DNA of 64,000 nt. Source: Stylophora pistillata. Taxonomy: Eukaryota. The notes beneath the pieces were generated by a model. That model saw nothing but the letters and a program-made list of their open reading frames with translations, was not told the origin of the DNA and did no database searches. The position numbers and the translations under genes are program-made. Below are positions 26,901-38,186 of this stretch, in pieces. How positions within the stretch are numbered: position 1 is the stretch's first letter; each line of letters starts with the position of its first letter. The stretch is taken from assembly GCF_002571385.2 (NCBI RefSeq), contig NW_019218008.1:299131-363130 (forward strand), read 5' to 3'.

Positions 26901-28622
26901 AAAATGATAATGACATCGACAACAGCATATGGTACCGCTTTGTTAGTCCAGCCACAGCGACCCCAGTGCAGGTCTGCTTTATATTTACAATTATTGTGAG
27001 GGGAGGTCTTGAAGTTTAAACTTTCAAGGGAGAGTTTTGATCGGGTGGGGCATAAAATTACAAAATCTATGCTGCTAAAGGGGGAAATATCGCATGACTT
27101 GAATGGGTATTGCGAACTGCTCTAGACTAGTTCCCTAGCAGACTAAAGAAAGAGCTAATTTACGAATTACCCATATTTTGAATATGTGAATTTTTTCACC
27201 AGTTACCTGACTCCTGTACAGAACCTCGGACTTGTGGAACCCAGGCTTCAGGTTGGCTTCGCGGAGGTCACCCATCTGCGGAGGAAGGCCTTGTAAACCG
27301 GACTGTTTGCTTTAGTTGGAATGACAACTGCTGCTTCGCCGAAGTTCCGGCGCAAGTCAAGCATTGCTATGGATACTATGTGTATAAGCTGCAGCCGACA
27401 GCTTTGGAAGTGAAAGCAAGATATTGCGTAGGTGAGAAATCCATCAGTTGGGTTTAAAATAGTTATAGGCCACTCCAGACTTAGAAGAGAGAGAGTTGGT
27501 CGTATTTCAAGAATTCTTACAGCATAGTAATTCTCTTGTGCCATTAAAACAAATCTTAGTAACTGTGACCAAAACTGATTTTTTTCTGACTTCCAATTGA
27601 TTGATAAATAGAAATTAGAACTTGAGAGAACACTGCATAAAACGACTTTCTCAGAAAATAAAAATGACATCAGTGACACCCTCAGCTGCGCCTCATGAGC
27701 TACTTTTTTATATTTACCACAATTTTAGTGTCACTAGTGATTTATTACTGAAGAGATACGGATTCGATTGGTTAAATCAGGAGCCCATTACCTGGAGCTT
27801 CAATCTTCCATACTGACCCTCTGAGCCAACCCTGTCCCCTATCTTTCTATTTTTAGAAGCACCTCCCACGGCGGTTTTCGCGGGTGTTTTTATGATAGCC
27901 AATCATAAGAGAGCTGTCGTCCTATTGTGTTACGTCTCTATTGTGTTACTTGCAGGTCGCACAAAATTATTTCAATAATGACGGAAAGCGCGGAAAGTTT
28001 AAGGATAAGAACCCCCGCAGATATCTCATCTCTAAAAATAAAAAGATACGGGACAGGGTTGATTCAAGGGTATGTAACGTTTAATAAACCTCCTTTAATA
28101 CAATTAGCCGCGGCGACACTACCTCAACACAACAAGATGGCCGACCAGATTTTCCCGCTCTTCTTCCTCCAAGTCCTGGGGTGAGAGGAGCCTCGTTTCC
28201 TAGCAACGTTACAGGAACAACTGAGATGGAAGCTCTGGGTAATGGGCTCCTGGTTAAATAGACACAAGGTGCCATATTTAATTAATCTCTGTGATGTTAT
28301 TTTCACCCATATCAAAGAAAACCAAGACATCCATCATGAAGATGCTTTGTTTCACCTCCTCGTGTCAAAAACCGGTGTACAGTTAGCATTGACAGGTCAC
28401 GTGATTCACACGGAGTATCACGTGACCTCTTCATGGAAGTGTATGGCCTATTGCCTTATAGAGGTGACGTGTGTCTCATTCAACTACTACCCCCAGAGCA
28501 ACACATGTGAGCTTAACAACAGCACTGTATCAAGTAACCCGGAAAGTTTGAGAGAGGGACCTGGGACCGAATATTACGAGAGGATGAACTTAATAAGTCT
28601 AGAAGCTGGCTCACATCTATAA
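20946..28622 (+). CDS. Secreted mosaic protein: signal peptide - FTP/fucolectin x2 - Ig-like - D8C (UMOD/GP2/OIT3-like) - PAN/apple
   Basis: Nine phase-compatible GT-AG exons: 20946-21000, 21744-21953, 22327-22512, 24320-24559, 25184-25369, 25935-26201, 26814-26971, 27203-27431, 28318-28622. Motifs: DLALRQPA/NLALGKSASQS, DPWWRVDLG, GRYVNIR, LTLCEVEVY (FTP); LVCPEPFGYPEPLVAWVKDG...CVASNKHG (Ig); WYRF...CGTQASGWLRGGHP...RTVCFSW..NCC...YYVYKL...RYC (D8C); CMAYC...CVSFNY...CELN (PAN). Confidence 0.88.
22575..23535. repeat. Intronic 88-bp purine-rich minisatellite (~10-11 units)
   Basis: Unit gctatgtatagagaaagagagggaggaaggaaggatggtagggatgtaagctgatgggtaagaaggaagagagacaggctgatcggta starts at 22663, 22751, 22931, 23018, 23106, 23194, 23322, 23410 and 23498. 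Confidence 0.95.
23780..23945. mobile_element. MITE, TA-flanked
   Basis: tatacaccgaatgcaaatatggcgtccaatttgaattgccattgttctgg...ccagaacaatggcaattcaaattggacgccatatttgcattcggtgtata; ~60-bp TIRs. Confidence 0.9.
26445..26772 (+). mobile_element. Second tRNA-derived SINE family (fragments also at ~21230-21380 and ~48190-48250, minus)
   Basis: tRNA-like head (taatggtcagtgcactggactcc...ggctcgagacc), core cacccagaagtatgtatggg and a tttacc-like tail. Confidence 0.65.
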
Positions 28623-28859
28623 GAATCGAATCAATGGTAAAATCTCCCAGACAGTAAGAGTGTAAGTTTTCCTGCGCGGAACAATTTGACATAGTAGAAT
28701 AGTATTTATTGTTAAAGCTGTGATCGAAATAGACTCATTTTTAGCAAAGCATTGGACGTCACATCAACGCAACATTTCACACTAGTTCAAGGAATTGTTT
28801 TTCATTTTCTAATTCAGGGTTTCAGTTTGAAAATTTAGAGACAGGGTAAGAGATACAAT

Positions 28860-29882
28860 CACATAAAGCATAGTTAGCAAGTTTTGCACTACATAACCGC
28901 TCACATATTGTAGCCCAGCCTTTTGTTTGTTTGTCAATTCGTGGATGGACTCATCGCTTACAGAAGATAACTTCTGTTTTTTTTTAGTTTGTTATCATAG
29001 TGTCTGTCACCTTAGTTGCCAAAAATGTTGCTGCATTTCGTGTGAGTCCTTTGAAGTACTTGGTGGCATTCAATGCAACAGTTCCCTAAAAATTAGAATA
29101 AAACTTTTCAACATCTCCTTTCTTTCTTAGTGATTCATAGATTGTTTTGAGATAAAAGAATTCATCAGATCTTTCCTCTAAGTCAAATATCAATACAGTC
29201 AGCTCATTCTTAATGCTTAAATTGAACACCTTCCTTTCTTTAATACTCTGTACAGCACTGTTCACCACCTCGGCGACAAGGCTGGTTGTGAACAGTGTAG
29301 CGGACTTACTTTCGATGTTCCCATGTTTTGCGGTCCAGTGTCTCTCATATCCAGCTTTGGTTTTGTAGCTTTGCCCACATTCACAAACGATATGATAAGT
29401 TTGGGTCTAAAAAGGGGGATAATAATGAATACACTGAATACATAGCATAATAAAGTAGAAAGTTCGGAGTTAGCAAAGTCTAGGCAAGAAATTGTTGTAG
29501 CAAAGGGTCGATTATAGGGAAACATCGTTCATGGTTTTGAGATCTTTATGGTCATTTTTCTTTGTTTTTTAATTCAGTTTACTTTTTAAATAATTGCTAA
29601 ATGTACTGAGATTAAAATTCTGCAAAAAGCCTACACATTTCATGCTATTTTTACTGGCTGTATAAATCCAAAATACAAGAAAGTTGTGACTGTTTACAGA
29701 AACAGTTTGAACACTTTCGAGTGTATTTGTCGATAATTTGAGTCAAAAATAAAATCTTCAACACTTACCAGGTTCACTGCTTCCGAGAAGTCACCTCGTA
29801 TTCTCTCATCTTCTTCTAAAACATCGAAAATAGCTTCTAAATCATCACCAAACATGAACAGCGCGTCTGTCTCGTCCGCCAT
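28860..29882 (-). mobile_element. Decayed transposon-associated ORF remnant
   Basis: Reading through stops and one frameshift gives GDVEKFYSNF*GTVALNATKYFKGLTRNAATFLATKV...KQKAGLQYVSGYVVQNL. The LQYxxGYV motif resembles the C-terminal YIAGY motif of P/THAP9-type transposases. An acidic N-terminal exon (MADETDALFMFGDD...) lies at 29882. Confidence 0.4.
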
Positions 29883-30239
29883 ATTGCTTTATGATGTGCA
29901 GGGTCACGATCACGTGATGGACTTGTTCAACCTCAAAAGCGAAACAATAGGCCGGCCTTCTGAAGTTTGCCAGGTTTCATAACCAGTTCCCCTCTACTAA
30001 CTATGCATAAAGCAACAACAACAACAAAACTAAATTAATCCCTCGGTCCAGAGCGTGTAGCCGAGGGAAACTCAGCTTTTTTGTTTGTTTGTTTTTTATC
30101 CCTCGTTTCTGGCAACACGAATAAAATGAGTTCAAATTTTGCCATCTCTCTCATTTTATAATCACACAAACAACGAACCTGTGCCGTCGAATTAATATTT
30201 CTGTGTAAGTAAATCAGTCTCTCGCGTAAGCTGCATGAA

Positions 30240-31322
30240 TTTTGACGTGAAGAACATCACCAAATCGCGCCGTATAGTTTTACCTATGACTGTTCTGATA
30301 TTTGAAGCGAAGGATTTTACACACTATGAAATTGCATTCTCACCTAAACTGCCTATTCATGGCACCGTATATGAAAGGTGCTACTCAGGTACAGAAAGAA
30401 CGCCATTGGAAGATACCCTTGTCTTGGCAAAGTATGTTTCTTGCTTTTCACATCAATGAAATCCATAACGTAAACTGGAACCAAACAACATACAAATCCG
30501 AGGACAACCACTACTAAATTCTTTGTCACTTTTGCTTCTCCTACATTTGCCCGTAGTCGCTGGGGGTTATTTTTGTGTGAGAAGACACGATTTGATCATG
30601 AAACAGCGCGGAATACTTTGACGCAGCAGACTGTGATAATGGCGAAAGGAGTGGCTATATAAAAAACGTTTCCAAAGACTATAAAAGCTGCGTCGTCACC
30701 TTCGAAGACGATCAAACACATCGCTTTGCCCGGATGAAACTGAAATACGTCGGTTCCAGATTTGAAGAATGAAAGCGCAGATCCAGCGAAAGCCAAACAA
30801 CAAAAAATAGCAATGTAAATCAAATGTATTTTTTCTTCGTAAACAACATGCGATACTTTGCAGGTTTCACGACGCAGAAATATCGACTCACTGCATTTAT
30901 TCCCATGGTAAAAAAGGACACAATTGAAAAAGCGTACACTCCAAAACCCTGAAGGGAGCAAAAGCTTTTGCCAAAAACCCAACGACCGTAAAAAAGACTT
31001 GTGACCGTAAAAAAGACTCGTGACCGTAAAAAAGACTTGTGACCGTAAAAAAGACTTGTGACCGTAAAAAAGACTTGTGACCGTAAAAAAGACTTGTGAC
31101 CGTAAAAGGTGTACAACAGGTGGAGATCTGAATATCACTTACAGTCAGAGCTATCACAAACATGTTGGGAGGCGTGCGAAGCCTGTGGTTTTTACACACG
31201 GCGAAACAAATGAGAAGATTGGCGAAGAAAGCCAAAACATTAATGGCAGCAAACAAAACTGTTTCAATTCAAACTAGAGATTTAGCCCGGGTAGCAAATT
31301 CGAAAAAAGGGTTTTTCATCAT
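30240..31322 (-). pseudogene. Melatonin-receptor-like class A GPCR pseudogene
   Basis: Paralogous to 35768-36769 (RLRTPPNMFVIAL, AVSRYFCVVKP, FQFHPGKAMCL). It has an early W-to-TGA stop, a VNTR insertion, further frameshifts and a TGA after RAVS. Confidence 0.85.
30984..31107. repeat. 19-bp VNTR x6 inside the GPCR pseudogene
   Basis: gaccgtaaaaaagacttgt at 30984, 31003, 31022, 31041, 31060 and 31079. Confidence 0.95.
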
Positions 31323-31774
31323 AGCTTTCGGCTACCGGAACAAAAAGCGGGAAAACTTTGAAGCAAGATTCATTAACAAAATTTTCTTTACTATTGAGCG
31401 GAGGTAATTGGCGTCACTTGTTTTAAAACAAAATGCAAATCTTTTGTGTTTTTCCTCCTGAAAAATTAATACTCGTCAAAGTTCACGCCTTCAAAAATGA
31501 AAAATTTTCACTATTTTCGAGAGAAATACTTTAGCCTCCTGGAAAACAATCAGAAGATATTGGTAACTGAATTTGCTGGTTTTGATCGATCAACGAAATG
31601 TAATATTAGTATTCTGACAGGTTTGAAAGTCAGGAAATTGATTCACTTCGGAGAGAAAATTAAATACACTTTGGGGTAAAAGATTACGTTAATTTTTAAG
31701 TGACAGCATATACCATTTTGTCAACTATTTCCGTACTTGGCACTCTATAACCAGTTAAGATCTTTAGCTTTAAC

Positions 31775-31958
31775 AGGATAATTTGGTTTTATCAACTGAG
31801 TTGATGTAAATTGGCCCCTGAAAAGAGTTTGAAAAGCTTTCTATTTGCGGTGGCCGATTTATATTATTAACTCAGCCGATAAAACCAAATTATCTTGTAG
31901 ATACCCCCACCGATGTAGCACTACAGTTTCTTTAGAAACTTACCCCATTTATTCATTT
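31775..31958 (+). mobile_element. Decayed Penelope-like terminal repeat fragment
   Basis: Similar to 3595-3705 (gcggtggccgattt...ccaccgatgtagcactacagtttctttagaaacttacccc). Confidence 0.55.
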
Positions 31959-32487
31959 TTAGTTTTAACACCTTTATAAGCCATAAGCTGTAAGGAGCAA
32001 CAAACCAGCGCTAAAATGTCCTCTATGAACTTACAATTTGACGAGCGTAGTGCAAATTGTTACTTTTAATTTGCGATACAAAGGGGACATACGCGAGCGT
32101 TAAATGAAATACTCGTGTGTGAAACGCTACTCTCGAGCGTGACGTTAGATACTCGTAACATTCGAGCTCAAAGGAGCGAGATACACGAGTGCAGTATCAT
32201 GAAGAGCGGCTTTCATGTCAACATATCTTGCGGTATCAAAATGCAGGACTCTCACAACACTAGATTGAAGTGGCACGACGATATGATAGCTTTGACACCC
32301 AGACTGTATGATAAGAATTACTAGGGATCTAAAGGTAAAAGGTAAAGTATTCAGGGCAGGTGGCATACGCTCGCTCTTAACCGGCTAAATTTCTAAGAGC
32401 ACGTTTAGTCGACAAGGATGAGAGGGGGTTGGTGAGAGGCTTATTAAGTCAAGGTGGGGCATGGAGCTCATTTGAAAAAGGTAGTAT

Positions 32488-33250
32488 TTAACAATTATTC
32501 GCCGAAGGCGAGGTGAATATCGTCGAATAATCCCCGAGACGAAGTCGAGGGGATTATTCGAAAATATACACCGAACCTGAGGCGAATAATTGTTTTAGTA
32601 TAATTTCCGAGCTGAACAACAGAGATATTTCTAAAATTATAACATTTTAGTAACATTTATTAACATTTTATTTTAACATTTTATATAAACCGCGTGGAGC
32701 GGTTCATATAGCGTCATATAAGGAACCGTTCGACCAATCAATTAAGATATTTGCCTTTACTTAAGCTCCCCTTCCTTTCCTATTCACGTGTTCATTTGGT
32801 ATATACTATACACCTCCTGGAGCAAGCAAACTGAAACAAGATCGCGCGTCAAGGGTTTTAAATTTCCAACCATTTTCAATACTTATAGAAATAAACTCAT
32901 GTTTATTAAAAATTATTCGCCTCAGGTTCGGTGAATATCGTCGGATTTTTCGACAATATTCACCGAACCTGAGGCGAATAATTGTTTTAGTATAATTTCC
33001 GAGCTGAACAACAGAGATATTTCTAAAATCATAACATTTTAGTAACATTTATTAACATTTTATTTTAACATTTTATATAAACCGCGTGGAGCGGTTCATA
33101 TAGCGTCATATAAGGAACCGTTCGACCAATCAGATTGCTGGAAACTCTTTGCTCAGCTCTGAAATTATACAAATTGCTATTACGAATTTTATTAACCGGA
33201 AAAGCGATGTCAGCCTTTAGATTGGAAATGTTTAAAATATCGGGAAAAAA
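32488..33250 (+). mobile_element. Hairpin-headed element with an internal tandem duplication of its head (32570-32741 = ~32961-33132); may extend to ~34340
   Basis: ~108-nt palindrome 32489-32596 centred on gac-gaa-gtc. A rebuilt palindrome sits at 32910-32986, followed by a near-identical body. Confidence 0.7.
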
Positions 33251-34365
33251 TTGGGTTGCACAGCAGGAGAGTGATCCAATCTCTGTCACAGGTGCATGCA
33301 ACAAAGTTCCACGCCGTTTTTTGCGATCGATCGTTGAGTGCAGCGATTGAAAAGTTTTGATTAGCACTTTTTTCTGTTTTCTAATTTTAAAACTATAACA
33401 AAGTAAATGGCTGTGATTGATATGGCCAGGAGAGACTAAAAGATGCTCCTCGAAAAAAAATGCAAAAAAATCAACAGGAATTGGTGGCTTACTAGTTAAA
33501 GCTTTGAGGTTGGGGCCGAGTTTTTTACACGTGATTCTTTGATTATGTATGCCGTGACACTTCATTAGATTCACGGATAGAACTTCGTTGTATTGTTGTT
33601 TCAGTTTACGATCCATAGATTGATTGATTGTGAGATTGATCGTGATTTTCATCGTTGAGTGTGGTTCGTGGTCAATTGCCTTTCAAGAATAAAGATTTGC
33701 GCAAACAGTCGACTTTGGTTTGTTATCTCGATCTCTAAAATAGTCCCCAAACACCTTGTTAACCGCGTTTTGGAGCGACGCCCCCTTGAACTTGAGCATT
33801 TAGATTTTTGGTGGCCGCAAACGTTACAGCCGGTGTTGCTGTCAATTTGTGCCTGGTTTCTTAAAAATGGTTTATGCCTCTTGCTCGCTTGCCAATAACC
33901 AAGTGTTGTACACTGTGCATTGCGAGGGTTGAGCTCGGTTTGCTGGGAGAATTAAACGGACAACCTTTATCAAAATACGATTTATGTCTTAACTTCCGAG
34001 CTAAGGTAAAGCGATCGCAGAGATAACTCGTGGGTAGCTTGTATTATCCTGAATCAAGTCGCCCAATCTGAGCTAAGGTAATTAAAATGGAGGCGGTGCT
34101 GCGAATGTTTTCCAGATCGTACTGGATTGTTTTATCCACTCTACGCCGCCCTGTCCGAGAAATACTACTAAAAAACAGACACACAAGTCTAAGTGAAGCC
34201 TTCCAAGTGATGTTTGGATCGCTACTCCTGCAATCTAAGTACTAACGAAAGACTAATCTTAGACGTCTACACGTGGTTTTCGCCCGCCGCCACGTGATTA
34301 GTTTGCATGATCTGTTGTAGCGATTAACTGTACTAACTATGGCTAAAATCAAGTAAATACAGTCT

Positions 34366-34760
34366 ACCACCGCCTCCCGGTTAGCTCAATTGGTAGAGCG
34401 CCGGACTATTGTGCGGGAGGTCGTGAGTTCAAATCCGGCCGGACCAACACTCAGGCTCTTTGAATAACCGAGAAGAAAGTGCTGCCTTTGTAATAATATC
34501 TGCAAATGGTTAGACTTTCTAGTCTTCTCGGATAGGGACGATAAATGGAGGTGCCGTCTCACAAACCCTTGTGTGTGATAAAAAAATTTGTGGGACGTTA
34601 AAGAATCCACACAGTGTTCGAAAAGAGTAGGGCACGTAGTGCCCGGTGTTGTGGTCTATCTTTGTGTAGTGTCTATCAAATTGATGGGGGGTACTGCGCC
34701 TTTGAATATTGTATAGAAAGGGCCCAATATAAATAAGGAATTCCTTCATTCATTCATTCA
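34366..34760 (+). mobile_element. Near full-length tRNA-derived SINE
   Basis: A box tagctcaattgg, B box gttcaaatcc, body shared with 100-292 and 1235-1510, and a (ttca)n tail. Confidence 0.85.
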
Positions 34761-35767
34761 CTTAACTGAACGTGAAATGGACACCTCTCTTGAAATCCTT
34801 CTGAAATGGGATAAGGAGGATTCCTTCTAAGAGCCATTCAGTTTTCAGTAACATATTTGCCCTGCACTGAAGCTTAACTAAAAGCGGCCCGAAATCACAT
34901 GTTCACAAGTATCTGCCATTGTAAGTCCCGGATGTAACCTATCTGGGATAATGATAAAACGCTGTGCAAGCTGCATAAAATAATATACTCCCTTTGGAAA
35001 TAAATGTCATTTCAAGAATGTTATCAAATCCGTATTGATTCCCTGGCAAGTCGAAAGTAGCAGCTTTTAGTCGATTTCATGAATTTTGACAGTTTTCCCT
35101 TCATAACAACGACTGAAATTGCAAATTAGAGTAGGTGGCTCTCACTTAATTCAATTTTTGCTTCTTGAGCCTTTATCTGTTTTGAAAATTTAAAAACGCC
35201 CTCTTCAAACTGTCATCATCGGTTTTGTGAGATTAATGTAATTGGGTGACCGTTAAGACTCTATAACAGGAAAGTGCACAACTTGATCTCAAATATAAAT
35301 TATAGAAAACAAATGCACGCTTTGCCATAATTCCCCTACAATCAATTAACCTGGAGGTGATAATGAATTGATATGTAGATTAACAAGACTTGAAAAAAAT
35401 AAATGATGTCATTTGAAAAATTCCTGACAAGTTGCAAATTGACAAATTTCACTTGGTTTGTTCAAGTTTATTGAAATATCACTATTTAAGCTGTCACTCA
35501 TTACCAATATTTGCCAACCTCCACTTTTCAGTGCTGCTATCCTCTGATGCCCACAAAGGTTAGGTTTAACAAAAACAAAAATAAAGAACAAAAAGTGGGC
35601 AGCTGACATTTTATGAAGGATATCGGCTTTGATACGTGATAATCATGATAAAGTCGTTAATGCATCAAATCCAGAATTTTGCAATCTTCCGTTGGCGATC
35701 GTGAATTATATTCGATGCTTCTTCATCCTGCGACTCCAGAACGGAAAGAGAGGATCTGAAAAACGTC

Positions 35768-36769
35768 ATGAAGGAATCACACTCTCTCGAGCTCGCATCA
35801 AGGTCCGAAATCTCAATTTGGACCGAGACAGTTTTGTTTGCCATAATTAACGTTTTGGTTTTCTTTGGCAACCTTCTTACTTGCTACATCGTGTACAGAA
35901 ACCACAGGCTCCGCACAATTCCCAACATGTTCGTGATAGCATTGGCTGTAAGTGATATTCTGATTTCCATCTGCTGTATGCCATTTACAGTTGTAACTCT
36001 TTTCTACGGTCAGTGGATCTTTGGTGAAACTTTTTGTCGAGTTAATGGTTTCGAGGTGTTCACGTTTGCAGTGGCTTCAATTTATTGCATGGGAGTCATT
36101 GCAATCAGCCGATATTTCTGCGTTGTAAAACCAGAAAGGTACTTGGTGTTGTTTAGGAAGGAGAAAATTTCTTTTTACATTGCTTTTGCGTGGTTGGCAG
36201 CTCTCGTTGGATCTGTACCTCCCATTTTCTTTGAGAAAGGCGGATTTGAATTCAAGCCGGGAAAAGGGATGTGTTTGTACACATTCGAAAGCGACATTGG
36301 TTATACATTGTTTGTCGGATTTGTTTGTATCACAGCCCCCTTAACACTTATAACCATCAGCTATGTAATGGTGTTCCGCGCAGTTTCAAGATCAAATCGA
36401 GTTTTCTCGGAAGAAAGCGATTTTCCTCGTTTACGAGCGAATATTGAGGAAGCCAAAGTGAGCAAGACTTTAGTTGCAGTTCTAGTTGGTTTTGTGTCTT
36501 GTTGGATGCCAATTTATGTCATCGACACCACTGATGCCTTGCGCGGGAACAACGCTTTCCCGCGAGAAGTGTACATTTCTTACGCGTTCTTGCTTTACTT
36601 GAGTAGCACCATAAACCCGGTTATTTACGGCGTCATGAATAAGGAATTGAGGCGAGAATACAAGGATATCTTTAGCAAGATTCTTCGTTGCCAGCACCAT
36701 AATATTATAGAGACTGAGACTAATCCTGAAGTAAGGTTTACCGCTCGACTGGAAGGCAGGTCTACTTGA
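35768..36769 (+). CDS. Intact intronless class A GPCR, melatonin-receptor-like cnidarian family (333 aa)
   Basis: Seven hydrophobic segments; GN (TM1), LAVSD (TM2), SRY in place of DRY, CWMP (TM6), NPVIY (TM7). Confidence 0.92.
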   Translation: MKESHSLELASRSEISIWTETVLFAIINVLVFFGNLLTCYIVYRNHRLRTIPNMFVIALAVSDILISICCMPFTVVTLFYGQWIFGETFCRVNGFEVFTFAVASIYCMGVIAISRYFCVVKPERYLVLFRKEKISFYIAFAWLAALVGSVPPIFFEKGGFEFKPGKGMCLYTFESDIGYTLFVGFVCITAPLTLITISYVMVFRAVSRSNRVFSEESDFPRLRANIEEAKVSKTLVAVLVGFVSCWMPIYVIDTTDALRGNNAFPREVYISYAFLLYLSSTINPVIYGVMNKELRREYKDIFSKILRCQHHNIIETETNPEVRFTARLEGRST

Positions 36770-37627
36770 ATATTCAGAAGAAGAGAAAAAGCAAGTCATA
36801 TGCGAGAGGCAATGCCTTGCAATGTCTCAGTTTTTGATCGGCTTTAAGAATAAACTAAGTGCAGATATCATTTTGAAATTTTTTTGTATCGTTCCTAAGC
36901 AACGTACGACCGACATTCTATTCACTGGTGAGATCAAAAGTGGCCCGCCATGATGAAGTATTTACTGAAGCTCAATAACACTCTTAAAAATCTTCACCAC
37001 CTGATAGCTTGCAGCTTACGTGTTCCCCATCTGGATTTACCGAACCATTCAGGGCTTTGATTAATCGCTTTTTATCTGTAGTAGGAAAGATGAATAGCTA
37101 AGCTCTTATTCAAAAATCTCTTGGATATTTTTGATGTAAAACAACCCGGAATATAACTGTCTATATGATTAGCGCGCGTTAAAACAGGTGACACTTTTTT
37201 GGAGTGTTTATTGATTCTTGGAAATTTACATCAAAGGAGCCACATTTAAAATTGTGTTTCTTAGAAGTGCATGTTGTAATAAATAGAGTAAGATTTGATG
37301 ACTATTTCAAATACTTATCGAGTGTTTCAAAACTCTATTATCATTCAAAACTGGGAAGACTTGGGCTGCGAAGGCAGTTAGTTTTCTTTCAAGTAAAAGT
37401 GTTTTGTAAGTTTGTAGGAACGTTTAGAGAGTAACAGGCTTCCAAAAATATTTTCTTTACGTCAAAATAACGCCGGCTATTTTCAAAACTACTTCCCTCT
37501 GATATTTGATTGAATAGAATAGAGTCATGAATGGAGGTAGTGGAGGAATAGGTCACCTTCGGAAGCATACAATTTGGACACCGATAGAAAAATCAATTTG
37601 GAAAGAGGGTTAATTTTCTTCAGAGTA

Positions 37628-37993
37628 CTACAATGAACTCTTTGCCGTGTCTAGTTTCTTGTGTTCTTCTTCAGTTATAAATTCTGGACCGATGATGATG
37701 TATTCCGGTGTCCCTTCCCCGCCGTCAATAACTGGTTCACGTACAGGTGGATTTCCAATATCTGAGAAAACAAACACATGAAATTTGAAACTTTTGTACC
37801 TTCATATCTTAGCATCCTTGCCTCAGTTTCAAAAGCCAAGTTAGAATTTCTGGCATACCCGCGTGGATGTTACTGTGAACTCCTGCAAGTTTTACGGTAT
37901 TCCCCTGGGGGTTTTAGAGGAGACCATGTGCATCAGTTTTAAGCCTCAACCCCACAGGGACTTACACCCTATATACCCGGTGGATATTTTACA

Positions 37994-38082
<89 letters not shown>

Positions 38083-38155
38083 AAAATATGGCAAGCGTAC
38101 AAGTCAGGTTAAAATTAAAAGGGAGCTAAAAAATTTAAGATTTTTCTAATATCTG

Positions 38156-38186
<31 letters not shown>

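Noticed and set aside
30984-31107. 19-bp repeats as CRISPR or iterons
   Set aside because: They are head-to-tail with no spacers and derive from GPCR codons.
34377-34447. Functional tRNA gene
   Set aside because: It is the head of a multi-copy SINE with poor acceptor-stem pairing.
35768-36769. GPCR family as opsins
   Set aside because: TM7 reads LLYLSSTINP/LVYLSSTINP, with no retinal-binding Lys.
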